A DNA stretch of 64,000 nucleotides, taken from positions 768,001 to 832,000 of the forward strand of contig JAXGYC010000007.1 of NCBI GenBank assembly GCA_040772485.1, written 5' to 3'. The DNA is from Sedimentisphaerales bacterium. Its GTDB lineage: Bacteria > Planctomycetota > Phycisphaerae > Sedimentisphaerales > Anaerobacaceae. The notes beneath the pieces were generated by a model. That model made no database searches. It had not been told where the DNA came from and worked only from the letters and a program-made list of their open reading frames with translations. The translations under genes were made by a program, and so were the position numbers. Positions 35,641 through 45,472 of the stretch are shown piece by piece. Every line of letters begins with the position of its first letter. The first letter of the stretch is position 1.

Positions 35641-38544
35641 ATGGGACCGCAGGAGTCGGCACTGCTGAGACGGTTCAGCACAGGCGGGGACGCAGAGGCA
35701 TTCGCCCAGATGGTGCAACTCTACGCCGGACTGGTGTATTCGACCTGCTGGCGGGTTCTCAAGGACGAGACCGATGCGGCCGATGCGACCCAGGAGACCT
35801 TCTTCGAATTGACCCGCTGCGCCAATCGCATCACGGGATCGCTGGCCGGCTGGCTCCACAAGGTCGCCACGCAGAAGTCGATCGATCTGCTTCGCCGTTG
35901 CGCCAGCCGCAAGCACCGCGAGGAGGCTTATGCCCGCACGCAGCCGGTCGAGGTGAACTCCTGGCAGAACCTGTCGGGCCACGTCGATCAGGCGCTGGAC
36001 GAGCTGGATGAAGCCACGAAATCGCTGCTGTTGGAGCGGTTTGTGCTGGGCAAGAGCACGGTGCTGATTGCTCGTGAACATGGCACCTCCCAGGCAACCG
36101 TTTCGCGGCGGGTCAGCGCCGGGCTGAACCAACTGCGCGGCATCCTCCGCCGCAGGGGCCTGCTCGTTGCCGCCGGGGCGCTGGCAACAATGCTCATGGA
36201 AAGCGCCTCCCAGGCAGTCTCCACCACGGCACTGCATGGGCTGGGCAAGATGGCAATGGTCGGCACGACCGAAGCCGCAGCAGCAACAGCCAAGGTCGGA
36301 CTGGCCAAGGTCCTCGTCGCAGCCTCTGTCGTCGGCATCCTGTCGGTGGGCGCGTACGTGCATCTCGGACGGTCGGCCTCCCCCACAGCAACGACGCCCG
36401 CACGCGGCCACTCCGTTTCCGCCACAGGTGGAGGCGCACCGCTTCCCGGCCTCGACCGCATGGCGATGGCTGTCGATCCAAAGGAAGATGCCTGGGAGCC
36501 AGCGTCCGAACCAGAACCGCCGACAGCGGAGAGAAGCTGGACTGACGAGCCCGGCGTCAACCCGTTCGGCGTCTTGGCAGACCATCGCCCCTTCGGCGCT
36601 GCAACGGGCGCTGCGATTCGACAGATCGAAGCGACCAAGCCGGACCGCCCGCCGACGCCCGCCCGGACCCTGCGTTTCCCGAGCGAGCAGTCAATTGGCG
36701 TGGTGTACCTCCAGGATGAAGACCTCGTGGTCCCGGAGACCGTCAAGGGCTTTCATCCGGGCCATGTCTACGCAGAGATGGAGAACTACAGTTGCGCCCA
36801 AGGCGAGATTCACATCCCCGCCGGCAAACGAGTCATTCTGTGCGTTCGGGGCATCGGCGTGACGCCGCAACGCTATCTCGCCGCGATCGAATCACTCGAC
36901 CCGGATGATCTCTACGGCCTGCAGTTCTTCAGTCTCCAGCCCGTCCACATTGAGGACGATCTGATCGCGCCCGTCGCCCGGTTGACGGGTCTGCGACACC
37001 TGGGCCTTGGCAGCGTCAGCGTCGGCCCAGAGGGTCTTTCGTCTCTGGCTCAGTTGCCCCATGTCGAGCAGCTCACCACACCCGAGGGACTGACAGACGA
37101 AGGAATGGCTCAGATCGCGAAGATGTCGTCGCTGCGAGTCCTCCACATGGCCCGGGACCGACTGACCGACGAAGGACTGAGGTCGCTGAGCAAGCTGACC
37201 GGTCTGGAGAGTCTGGACCTGTACGGCAATCCCTCCATGACGGACGAAGGGCTTGCCGCCCTGACGAATCTGCACGGGCTTCGACACCTGCGGCTCGGCA
37301 TGGAGGGACGTTTCACCGACCGGTCGATGACGTACTTGGCCGCCCTGCCTTCCCTGAAGGTGCTCTGGCTGGACACGCACAACGTGACGGACGAGGGGCT
37401 GCGGCAGCTCTCGCAAAGCCGGTCGCTGGAGCGATTGTGCGTCCACTGGCTGGAGAAGATCACCGGGCGCGGCATTGAGTGCTTGAGAGCGATGCCGCAG
37501 TTGAAGGCCCTGGACATCACCAGCGCCGCATTCACGGAGGCGGACCTGGCGGCCGTCACGGCCATGCCGAATCTGGAGCACCTGGTCCTGCCGCACTGCG
37601 CCTTCGGCGATGCAGCCATCGGCCAATTGACCTCGCTCGATCGTCTCCGATACCTCTGGGTCAACTGCTCGGACAACTCGCCGCTGACGGACAAGGCGCT
37701 GCTGGCCGTCAGTCGTATGCAGGAGCTTGAAGAGCTATACATCGGCGGAACGGAATTCACGAATGAAGGGATCGCGCTGCTGAAGAACCTCAATCACCTG
37801 CGCGCGCTGCACATGGCGTTCTGGCGCGGACTGGACAATGACACGCTCAAGCTGCTGGCGCAGTTTCGCGCGTTGCGGGAGCTGTCCTGGAGTTCTTCAG
37901 ATCGCGTGACGATGTCGGGGCTCAGCGCGCTGAACGACTTGGGCGACCTCGCCAGCCTGTCGGCTGACGGCGTGCGACAGGACCACAAAGGGCTGGATCT
38001 GTCGGGGCTGAAGAACCTGACAAGCCTGAGAATCACGCTTCGGCACCAGACGAGGAAGGCCGGGGACGGGTTCGTGACAACCAGCGACGTGTTCCACGAC
38101 AGCGATCTGGCCTGCCTGAGCGGACTGACGGGCCTGGAAACTCTCAGCCTCTCCGGGCGGGGCATCGGAGACGAAGGCATGGCGCATCTGGCGCCGCTGA
38201 CCAAGGTGAAATATCTGGACATCGAAGGCAGCGCCGAGCTGACCGACGAGGGCCTCAAGGCTCTGGCCGGCATGCATCGGCTCGATTGCCTCCGCATCTA
38301 CCAGAGTCGAATCAGCGAACGGGGCCTGGAGGCCCTGTACCTGCTGAAGACGATTCACATTCTTGACATCCGCTCGACGCTGCCGATCGGCGTCCAGGCC
38401 ATCGCCCGGCTGCGAACCGAGCTGCCGCACCTTCAGAGCCTGAACATCGGTCGTCCTGAATCGGCGAACGTGAAGGCGCGAGGGCAGGCCATGTCCGAAA
38501 GACCGGTCCGCCGGCGGCCGGCCGGAAACGCAAAGAGGTGGTAG
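35641..38544 (+). CDS. ECF sigma-70 factor with transmembrane helix and C-terminal leucine-rich repeats
   Basis: GGAGG RBS; region 2 (AFAQMV..YAGLVY..DAADATQETF), region 4 (LDEL..IAREHGTSQATVSRRV), TM VLVAASVVGILSVGAYV, many TDEGL..L..L..L..L.L repeats. Confidence 0.9.
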   Translation: MGPQESALLRRFSTGGDAEAFAQMVQLYAGLVYSTCWRVLKDETDAADATQETFFELTRCANRITGSLAGWLHKVATQKSIDLLRRCASRKHREEAYARTQPVEVNSWQNLSGHVDQALDELDEATKSLLLERFVLGKSTVLIAREHGTSQATVSRRVSAGLNQLRGILRRRGLLVAAGALATMLMESASQAVSTTALHGLGKMAMVGTTEAAAATAKVGLAKVLVAASVVGILSVGAYVHLGRSASPTATTPARGHSVSATGGGAPLPGLDRMAMAVDPKEDAWEPASEPEPPTAERSWTDEPGVNPFGVLADHRPFGAATGAAIRQIEATKPDRPPTPARTLRFPSEQSIGVVYLQDEDLVVPETVKGFHPGHVYAEMENYSCAQGEIHIPAGKRVILCVRGIGVTPQRYLAAIESLDPDDLYGLQFFSLQPVHIEDDLIAPVARLTGLRHLGLGSVSVGPEGLSSLAQLPHVEQLTTPEGLTDEGMAQIAKMSSLRVLHMARDRLTDEGLRSLSKLTGLESLDLYGNPSMTDEGLAALTNLHGLRHLRLGMEGRFTDRSMTYLAALPSLKVLWLDTHNVTDEGLRQLSQSRSLERLCVHWLEKITGRGIECLRAMPQLKALDITSAAFTEADLAAVTAMPNLEHLVLPHCAFGDAAIGQLTSLDRLRYLWVNCSDNSPLTDKALLAVSRMQELEELYIGGTEFTNEGIALLKNLNHLRALHMAFWRGLDNDTLKLLAQFRALRELSWSSSDRVTMSGLSALNDLGDLASLSADGVRQDHKGLDLSGLKNLTSLRITLRHQTRKAGDGFVTTSDVFHDSDLACLSGLTGLETLSLSGRGIGDEGMAHLAPLTKVKYLDIEGSAELTDEGLKALAGMHRLDCLRIYQSRISERGLEALYLLKTIHILDIRSTLPIGVQAIARLRTELPHLQSLNIGRPESANVKARGQAMSERPVRRRPAGNAKRW

Positions 38545-38601
38545 TCGCGCACATGGATTTGTGCCAGGTGGCATGAGCGAGACACATTTTGCGGAAGGGA
38601 A

Positions 38602-39450
38602 GTGCGAGATATGGAGCGATTCAGACAGTGGATTCTGCCGGTCCTGGCTGCGGTTCTGATTCTGGGCGCGGCGATGACGGTTCTGTTACTGTCGCGCCCC
38701 CATATAGGAGACCTCTTGTCATTCACAGGAAGACCGCCCAGCCAATCCCCTCTCTCGGATGGGGAGTCGGCCCGTTCAGTCACATACCGGTTTCTCTTTC
38801 CGGGTGAGGCCCACGCGGCGCCGGGCAAGCTGACGCTGGGCCGGTTCGCCAACGGCCACCTCTGCGAGGGCGCGACCTGGGAGTTTGACGGCATCGACCA
38901 GTGGCACGGCTGGGCTTCAGCTATCTTCGCCAGAGAGAGGCACTGGACCCCCGAGGAGCAGCCCGGCTGGCGAATCAGCCGATGGCTGGTCGAGAACATC
39001 GATTCCGCCTACGACTGCGACCACCTGTTTTGGAGTATCCAGGCGTTGCAATACCTGGACCCGGACAGCTTGGCCAACGAGATCGACATGATCGAGCATT
39101 CCGGCTGCACGGTGCGTATCGTGCTGACCGAAGGTGTGAGCACATATGACTACAATGTGGATACGCTTTATTGGAATCCTGTCGCGGTTCCGGACCCGTT
39201 GGCGGCATTGGCCCACGAACTGCATCACGCCTGGCACGACCTCTGCCGCAATGGCGACGCGGTCCCCGACAAAGGGCGAGAGCAACTGGCGCTGCTGGCG
39301 GAGAATCGCATTCGACACATCCTGTTCCTCAAAGACCCCGCCAGTTCACACCTGTATCCCAGACTGGGAACGCAGGAATCGCCGCCTGAAATCCTGGGGG
39401 ATTCACCTCAGGAAACGTGGGCCAACTACCGGAATGCGATAGCGCACTGA
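38602..39450 (+). CDS. Membrane-anchored HExxH zinc metalloprotease-like protein (M91/NleD-like motif pattern)
   Basis: N-terminal TM; YWNP..ALAHELHHAWH..E..A...ENRIR. Confidence 0.65.
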   Translation: MRDMERFRQWILPVLAAVLILGAAMTVLLLSRPHIGDLLSFTGRPPSQSPLSDGESARSVTYRFLFPGEAHAAPGKLTLGRFANGHLCEGATWEFDGIDQWHGWASAIFARERHWTPEEQPGWRISRWLVENIDSAYDCDHLFWSIQALQYLDPDSLANEIDMIEHSGCTVRIVLTEGVSTYDYNVDTLYWNPVAVPDPLAALAHELHHAWHDLCRNGDAVPDKGREQLALLAENRIRHILFLKDPASSHLYPRLGTQESPPEILGDSPQETWANYRNAIAH

Positions 39451-39626
39451 TATGCTCTGTGGAGCTATTGCCACGACGCCGGACGTGTTCGGCTTGACCG
39501 GCCGGGACGGAAGAGGTAGCATGGTGCTGCGGACGGGCAGAACGTGAATGGATCGCACCGCACTGGTGCACACGACGTAGCAGATAGAGTCGGTGCCAAA
39601 CGTCAATCTCTGCACGGAGGTCTGTT

Positions 39627-40199
39627 ATGGTGTCAAAAACACTCTTGCCGCGTGTTGGCCTTGGGTTGTGGCTGGTCGCCATACTGGCGGACGGGACCGT
39701 CTGGGCACAGAATCACTACTACGGGCCCGGCGTGATCGTGATTCACCGGTATCGGCCGGGGGGATGGCTGTACTACGGTCCGAACACCTACACGTATGTC
39801 CAGACAAACCCCTATGTATATGGACCGTTGGTCAGTACGCGTTCACGGCCATCCTACCGCCAGCCCATTCAGATGCCGATCCCGACCGATGTCGGCACTG
39901 GAGCCGCGGCGCCCAACCCGTACCAGGAGTATTACAGCCCGCACATCCCGCGTTATTACAGGCAGCAGGATCAGGCCGGGCAGACCGAGACGCCGCTCGA
40001 ACCCGCTCCACAGAGCAGCCCGGCGCCAGATCCGGTTCGCAGTGATCCCGATGTCATCGGGATCACTACAAACGAATCCCCTCCGGCCCCACCCGAACAG
40101 GTCAAGCCGGCAGGAGAGAATCAGCTCCAACCGAGCCCGCCGACGCCCAGCGAGCGAACCCGGAGACCCGCGCGTCGAAAGCCGATCCGCTACCGCTGA
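39627..40199 (+). CDS. Secreted Tyr/Pro-rich hypothetical protein
   Basis: GGAGG RBS, signal peptide ending VWA|Q, low-complexity body. Confidence 0.65.
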   Translation: MVSKTLLPRVGLGLWLVAILADGTVWAQNHYYGPGVIVIHRYRPGGWLYYGPNTYTYVQTNPYVYGPLVSTRSRPSYRQPIQMPIPTDVGTGAAAPNPYQEYYSPHIPRYYRQQDQAGQTETPLEPAPQSSPAPDPVRSDPDVIGITTNESPPAPPEQVKPAGENQLQPSPPTPSERTRRPARRKPIRYR

Positions 40200-40211
40200 A
40201 GACCGCTCGGC

Positions 40212-40280
40212 GGAAGTCTCAAGTTTGAAGTTTCAAGTTTGAAGCGGGCGACTTGGCACTTCCCACTTCACACTTCCCAC
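40212..40280. repeat. Inverted heptamer tandem repeat, second copy
   Basis: (T[GC]AAGTT)n followed by (CACTTC[CA])n. Confidence 0.8.
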
Positions 40281-40337
40281 GGGCTGGGTGAGAAAAGTTC
40301 GTGCAGGTGCTGTCGTCGTGACGTATAATCGCAGCCT

Positions 40338-40919
40338 ATGGAACTGCCAGAACTTGAGAAACCCGAGAGGTACACAGGGCTGTATATCTTCGATTTCGGC
40401 GACCAGGCCAGCGTCGGGTTCACAGCCGAGGAAGTGGCCGAGTTGCTCGAAAGCGAGCGCTATCGCGACGGCAAGGTCTACAAGATCCACCGGGCTTATC
40501 CGGACGGCCGGCTGGAGATCAGGGGTGTTCCCGCCCAGACCTTCCAGTTGGAGTCGGGAATGCTGTTCTACTCGGCGAAACGCCAGCAGGCCCAGGACGA
40601 CTTCAAGCGTCTGATCGCTGCGGCCGTTGTCGCACAGCCCCCCTGCCGGGCGAAGGTGCACCTGGTCCGGTACGCCGATGACAAATTCGCAGTGGCCCTG
40701 ATCTATCCGGCGGAATACGAAGAGGAGGTCAGCTCCTGGTTGCTGGCCCGCGCCTATCGGACGGCGGGCGCCGCCGAGGGGGGAACCGGGGCCATCGAGC
40801 GGTACTATCGTGACGCGCCGGAGGTCCTCGAACGCCACCAGCTCTTCGGCGCCGGCGAGGCTGTCAGCCGCACCGGAGATGAGCTGCTGGTCTCGCTGAA
40901 GCGGGCCGTGCAGAGGTAG
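40338..40919 (+). CDS. Hypothetical protein (193 aa)
   Basis: Globular-looking sequence (YTGLYIFDFG..VGFTAEEVAELLESE..VYKIHRA); TATAAT 8 nt upstream. Confidence 0.85.
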   Translation: MELPELEKPERYTGLYIFDFGDQASVGFTAEEVAELLESERYRDGKVYKIHRAYPDGRLEIRGVPAQTFQLESGMLFYSAKRQQAQDDFKRLIAAAVVAQPPCRAKVHLVRYADDKFAVALIYPAEYEEEVSSWLLARAYRTAGAAEGGTGAIERYYRDAPEVLERHQLFGAGEAVSRTGDELLVSLKRAVQR

Positions 40920-41164
40920 TCGCAGACACAGATGCCCCCTACCGTGCTCCAATTTCGACCCAGGACCCGCGGACCGGATAGGCGATCCGGAGCTTCACGC
41001 CTCGGTCGTCTTGCGGCAGCCATCGCTTTGGTGTTTCGGCCCGGATGCCGTCCCATCGGCCCGGACGACCTCAAGAGGCACGACTTCCCGGTGTGTACTC
41101 AACGGATCGGCGTGCGCTTCAGCGAGCGCCTGCGCGACGTGTTTCGATTGCGGTGGCTGAAGAC

Positions 41165-41220
41165 TTAGGTCTCTTGGGTCCTTTAGGTCCCTGGAGACCA
41201 GAAGGACCTAAAGGACCATC
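41165..41220. repeat. Inverted 9-mer tandem repeat / hairpin downstream of the response regulator
   Basis: (TTAGGTCCT-like)x3 and its complement; 14-bp perfect IR at 41177-41190 / 41204-41217. Confidence 0.75.
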
Positions 41221-41225
41221 CCATC

Positions 41226-41876
41226 CTACCAATCGGCTTTCTTGGTGATCCCAGCATCTTCCCTGGTATATCCGGCCTCGTGGACCCATCGCACAAGCTC
41301 CACCACCGAGGCAACCCCGGTCTTGGACAACACGTTTGTGCGATGGAAATCCACCGTTTTCTGACTGATTCCGAGTTCGTAGGCAATCGTCTTGTTCGAT
41401 TTGCCGAAGACCAGCAGGTCCATCACCTGGCGTTCCCGCCGGGTCAGATGCTCCACCCGCGATTGGAAGCCCTCCGACTGCCGCCTGGCGGCGCGAATGC
41501 GCCGGTCCAGCTCAACCGCCCTCTGAATGCTGTCGAGCAACACCTGATCGCGAAAGGGTTTTTCGATGAAGTCCATCGCACCAGCCTTCATGGCTTCGAC
41601 GGCCATGGGGACGTCGCCGTGGCCGGTGATGATGACCGTCGGAATCTCCATGTTCAATTCGTGGAGCCGGGCCTGAAGCTCCAGGCCGCTCATCCCCGAC
41701 ATCCGCACGTCCAGCACCAGGCAACCGGGTTGCGAAGGATCGTAGTGGGCCAGGAATTCCCGCGCACCACCGAACGTCTTGACATTCAGGCCAATGTCCT
41801 CGATCAGCAGGCATAGAGACTGACGGATCGCCTCATCATCATCGACGACAAACACCGTGGGGTTCGCGCTGCTCAT
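41226..41876 (-). CDS. FixJ/LuxR-family response regulator
   Basis: VFVVDDD, CLVLDVRM, ITGHGDVPMAVEAMKAGA.DFIEKP, LTRRERQV..SNKTIA.ELGISQKTV. Confidence 0.95.
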   Translation of the reverse strand: MSSANPTVFVVDDDEAIRQSLCLLIEDIGLNVKTFGGAREFLAHYDPSQPGCLVLDVRMSGMSGLELQARLHELNMEIPTVIITGHGDVPMAVEAMKAGAMDFIEKPFRDQVLLDSIQRAVELDRRIRAARRQSEGFQSRVEHLTRRERQVMDLLVFGKSNKTIAYELGISQKTVDFHRTNVLSKTGVASVVELVRWVHEAGYTREDAGITKKADW

Positions 41877-44800
41877 GTTCGACTCCTTCCGCCGGTAGCG
41901 TGAATCGGAAAACGGTTCCCGAGCCTCCGTCCGACTGGGCCCACAACCGACCGCCGTGAGCTTCGATGATCCGTCGGCTCAATGACAAGCCAATGCCTAA
42001 TCCCTTGTCCTTCGTGGTGAAGAACGAATCAAAGACCCGCTCGGTCAACTGCGACGAGAGCCCGCGACCCGTATCGGCGACCGCAACCTCGATTTCGCCG
42101 CCGTTCTCCACGGCGCGCGTGGACAGGGTCAACGTCCGTGACGGAGCCCGGGTGCTGCTCATCGCCTCCATAGCATTGCGCACCAGGTTGAGCACAACCT
42201 GTTGCACACCTACGGCATCCGCCCGGACGATGGGCAAGTCTTCAGCCAAATCGCGAACGACGGTGATCCCGAGCCGGGCGATCTCCGTCTCCACCGTGCT
42301 CATCGCCTCGTCCAACGCGTCGCGCACGGCGATGCGGGTTCGCCGAGGCTCGCGTTTCGCGACCAGGCCGCGGATGCGTTTGATGATGCCGGCCGCCCGC
42401 TCCGCCTGGTCGGCGATCTGTCCGATGGAGTTGCGCAGCGTCTCCATGTCGACAGGCTCTCGTCCGGCCAACCGCAGGCAACCGCCGGCATAGTTTACAA
42501 TCGCGCAGAGCGGCTGATTGAGTTCGTGGGCCAGGCCGGAGGCCATCTCGCCGAGCGTGTTGGCGTGCCAGGCGCGGGTCAGCTCCACCCGATGGTTCTC
42601 GGCGGCACGGGCGGCCTGTACGCGTTCGCTGATGTCCCTGGCCACAGCCAGAATGCGGTCGTGGCCTCCGATCCTCGCCTGCTTCAGATTCACTTCCGCC
42701 CAGAAGCAATCGCCGTCCTTCCTCCGGCACAGCCACTCCAGCACCTGGGGGCCGTCCTGGATCGCTTTGGCGAACCACTTTCGGGTCGCGCCCGCGCTGT
42801 CGGCAAGCGGCTCGGCACGCAGGTCCCCCACGTTCATATGCTGCAGTTCCTCGTAAGAATAGCCGAACATTTCGAGCCCCGTCCGGTTCGCATCGAGGAT
42901 GGTGCCGGCAACCGGGTCATGGACGAAAATCGCCTCGTTGGCCGCGTTGAATATCTCGCGGTAGTTGCGCTCCGACGCGATCGCCGCTTCTTCGGCGCGC
43001 AGGCGGGCGAGGGTCGTGCCCATCTGCGCCGCAATGGTCTCCAGTGCCGGACGCGCCTGTCGGGGCACCGCATCGCAACGGTTCGAGGCAATGGCCAGGA
43101 CGCCGGCAAGGGCGCGCTCATCACGGATCGGCAGCGCCGCGTAGGCGCAGAGTCCGGCCTTCCTCTGGGCCGGACTGAGAGGCATGTGTCGCTCGTCGAC
43201 GCCAAAATAGACCGCCTTGCCCTGCGCCAGCAGACGCATCTGGGCCGAACTCCTGCCGACGCACAGCACGTTCGGAGCAAGGTCCCCCGACATGCCGCAA
43301 TGCGTCAGAAGCTTCATCTCGCCGGATGCCTCATCGGCCAGATAGACCCCGCCACAATCTGCACGGGACGCTTCGATCGCCGCCTCCAAACACAGACGCG
43401 CTCCTTTGCGGACCTCTTCGACCGTGTTCAACCGCACTGCCAGATCGTGCGTGATTCGCGACAGATGCTCGGCCCGTTTGCGGGCGCTGATGTCGCGCAC
43501 GATCGCGATGACTTCGTGCTCGCCGCACGCCACCACCCTGCACTCTTCGTCGCAGATTCCCGTCGGCGTCTGTAACTGGTATTCGAACGTCTGGATCTGT
43601 CCTGTCTCCAGGGCCTGCCCGATCAGGGTCATCAGAGACCGCGACACGGCGTCGGGAAGAACCTCGTCAATCCTCTTTCCGGTGAACTCGTCCGGCGGGA
43701 AAAACAGAACCTGGCGCTTTGCTGCCCGGCAATCGCGCACAGTACCGTCTGCGCCAAGCCGGAAGATCAGGTCGGGGATCGCGTCCAACAGGGCGTGCGT
43801 TTGCGCTTCGCTCTGTTTGAGGGCATTCTGCGCCAGGACACGCTCGGTCACATCGGCGCACGCGGCATGGATCGCGGGACGGCCTCGGTACTCGATGCGG
43901 CAGGCATGCAGTTCCACCCAGCGGACAGTCCCGTCCTTGCGGACGATCTGGAACTCGTAGTTCTCCGGAAGAGGTTCTCCGTCAAGGCGCGCATGATGAT
44001 TGTCAACCACGCGCTGGCGGTCCTCGGGATGTATGAAGTCCCACACCTCTTCGGGCGATTTCGCCAGGATCTCCTCGACCGTGTAGCCGCTGATTCGGCT
44101 CATGGCGCGGTTGGCGAACACGATCCGCTCATCCTGGATGACGACCAGCCCCTGGAGCGAGTGGTCGACGAGAGTCCGATAGGCCTCTTCGGCGCGTCTT
44201 CGGTCGGTGATGTCCCGCCCGATCCCGACCAAGCCGATGATCTCACCCTGCTCGTTCCTCAGCGGCACCTTCGTTGTCAGGTTCCAGGTCTTCGCCCCGG
44301 AACTCGCGTCAAGCACACATCGCTCGTGGTTTATGATAGGTCGGCCGCTGGACATGAGCTCCTGCTCGTCCCGACAGACCCGGTCGGCCATATCCTTCGG
44401 GTAGAAATCGCGGTCCGTCTTGCCGACGATCTCCTCGACCGTCTCCACACCCTTCTGGCGCAGGACCTGCGGATTGCACAGAAGGAAGCAGCCTTCCCGG
44501 TCCTTCACGTAGATCGCATCGGGCAGGTTGTCGATCAGGGTGCGCAGCAGGTTCCGCTCCGTGTTGATATCGGAATCGGCGCGCACCGCATTTGCGGGCT
44601 GCGGAGCGCGGCAACACTCGCTTGTTTCGGTTGCCCCGGAGCCGGCGTCCGCCCGCTTCATCAGAGAGTCTCTGCCATGCCTGGAGCGGAGTTGCTGAAG
44701 GTTTCGCTGCGCGCGCAAGTGCCTCTCCTTCAGCCCTGCCACGACCGCGCCAACGACAACCAGGATGAGCGAACGAAGCACATCCGACGGGACAGCCGCA

Positions 44801-45057
44801 TCCGCGACGCCGTCGGTCAGATGAGCGGTGGCGATGCAAGCCGCCGCCACCGCCGCGACGGCGAACCCACGCCAACCGAACCACAGGCAAGCCAACACTA
44901 CGGGAAGATAGAGAAGATGAGCCCCATCCACAACGCCCACGTGCAGGTGGCGAGCGTACCAGGCAAGCAGACACGCACCGGCCAGGCCCAAGCCCCCCAA
45001 CACGGGCTTGTACCAGCCGTACCCACCGCCGACTCCGTTCGGCCTCCGCTCATCCAT
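41839..45057 (-). CDS. Membrane sensor histidine kinase, 4 PAS + GAF, FixL-like transmitter
   Basis: N-terminal TMs; PAS/PAC ends (RDITDRR, DVTER, RDISAR, RDISER); GEMASGLAHELNQPL; NLVRNA, DTGRG, FFTTK, GLGIGL. Confidence 0.93.
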   Translation of the reverse strand: MDERRPNGVGGGYGWYKPVLGGLGLAGACLLAWYARHLHVGVVDGAHLLYLPVVLACLWFGWRGFAVAAVAAACIATAHLTDGVADAAVPSDVLRSLILVVVGAVVAGLKERHLRAQRNLQQLRSRHGRDSLMKRADAGSGATETSECCRAPQPANAVRADSDINTERNLLRTLIDNLPDAIYVKDREGCFLLCNPQVLRQKGVETVEEIVGKTDRDFYPKDMADRVCRDEQELMSSGRPIINHERCVLDASSGAKTWNLTTKVPLRNEQGEIIGLVGIGRDITDRRRAEEAYRTLVDHSLQGLVVIQDERIVFANRAMSRISGYTVEEILAKSPEEVWDFIHPEDRQRVVDNHHARLDGEPLPENYEFQIVRKDGTVRWVELHACRIEYRGRPAIHAACADVTERVLAQNALKQSEAQTHALLDAIPDLIFRLGADGTVRDCRAAKRQVLFFPPDEFTGKRIDEVLPDAVSRSLMTLIGQALETGQIQTFEYQLQTPTGICDEECRVVACGEHEVIAIVRDISARKRAEHLSRITHDLAVRLNTVEEVRKGARLCLEAAIEASRADCGGVYLADEASGEMKLLTHCGMSGDLAPNVLCVGRSSAQMRLLAQGKAVYFGVDERHMPLSPAQRKAGLCAYAALPIRDERALAGVLAIASNRCDAVPRQARPALETIAAQMGTTLARLRAEEAAIASERNYREIFNAANEAIFVHDPVAGTILDANRTGLEMFGYSYEELQHMNVGDLRAEPLADSAGATRKWFAKAIQDGPQVLEWLCRRKDGDCFWAEVNLKQARIGGHDRILAVARDISERVQAARAAENHRVELTRAWHANTLGEMASGLAHELNQPLCAIVNYAGGCLRLAGREPVDMETLRNSIGQIADQAERAAGIIKRIRGLVAKREPRRTRIAVRDALDEAMSTVETEIARLGITVVRDLAEDLPIVRADAVGVQQVVLNLVRNAMEAMSSTRAPSRTLTLSTRAVENGGEIEVAVADTGRGLSSQLTERVFDSFFTTKDKGLGIGLSLSRRIIEAHGGRLWAQSDGGSGTVFRFTLPAEGVEHEQREPHGVCRR

Positions 45058-45472
45058 GCTGACAGCAACCTACTCTTTGGGCCCATGGCCCGGCCAGACG
45101 CCGGTCGGCCGAGACAATCCTCTGCCGACCGGCAGTATTCTCCATCATCCCATTATTGTCGAGTCAAAACTGGCGGACTTGACCCGACCGCGGGAGGGAT
45201 TTCCAGCCCTCCCGTTCCTGCCCCGATAGGCGCGGGAAAATTTCACGCCGAATCCCGAACTATCTTCGACACCGCGCGTAATCTTTATTGGACGTTGCCA
45301 CCGAAATCCGTACAATGCCGAGAACGGCACGTATGGTTGATGATACGAGAAAGTAGAACTAAGATTTTTCTCCCCTCCGGAAAACATCGGGTAGCGCATT
45401 GCTGCTCGATGTTTTCTTTTTGCACGTCTCCGCCATCTTGCCCCGTCCTCCAGGCTTGCCTCGCTTCCACCA

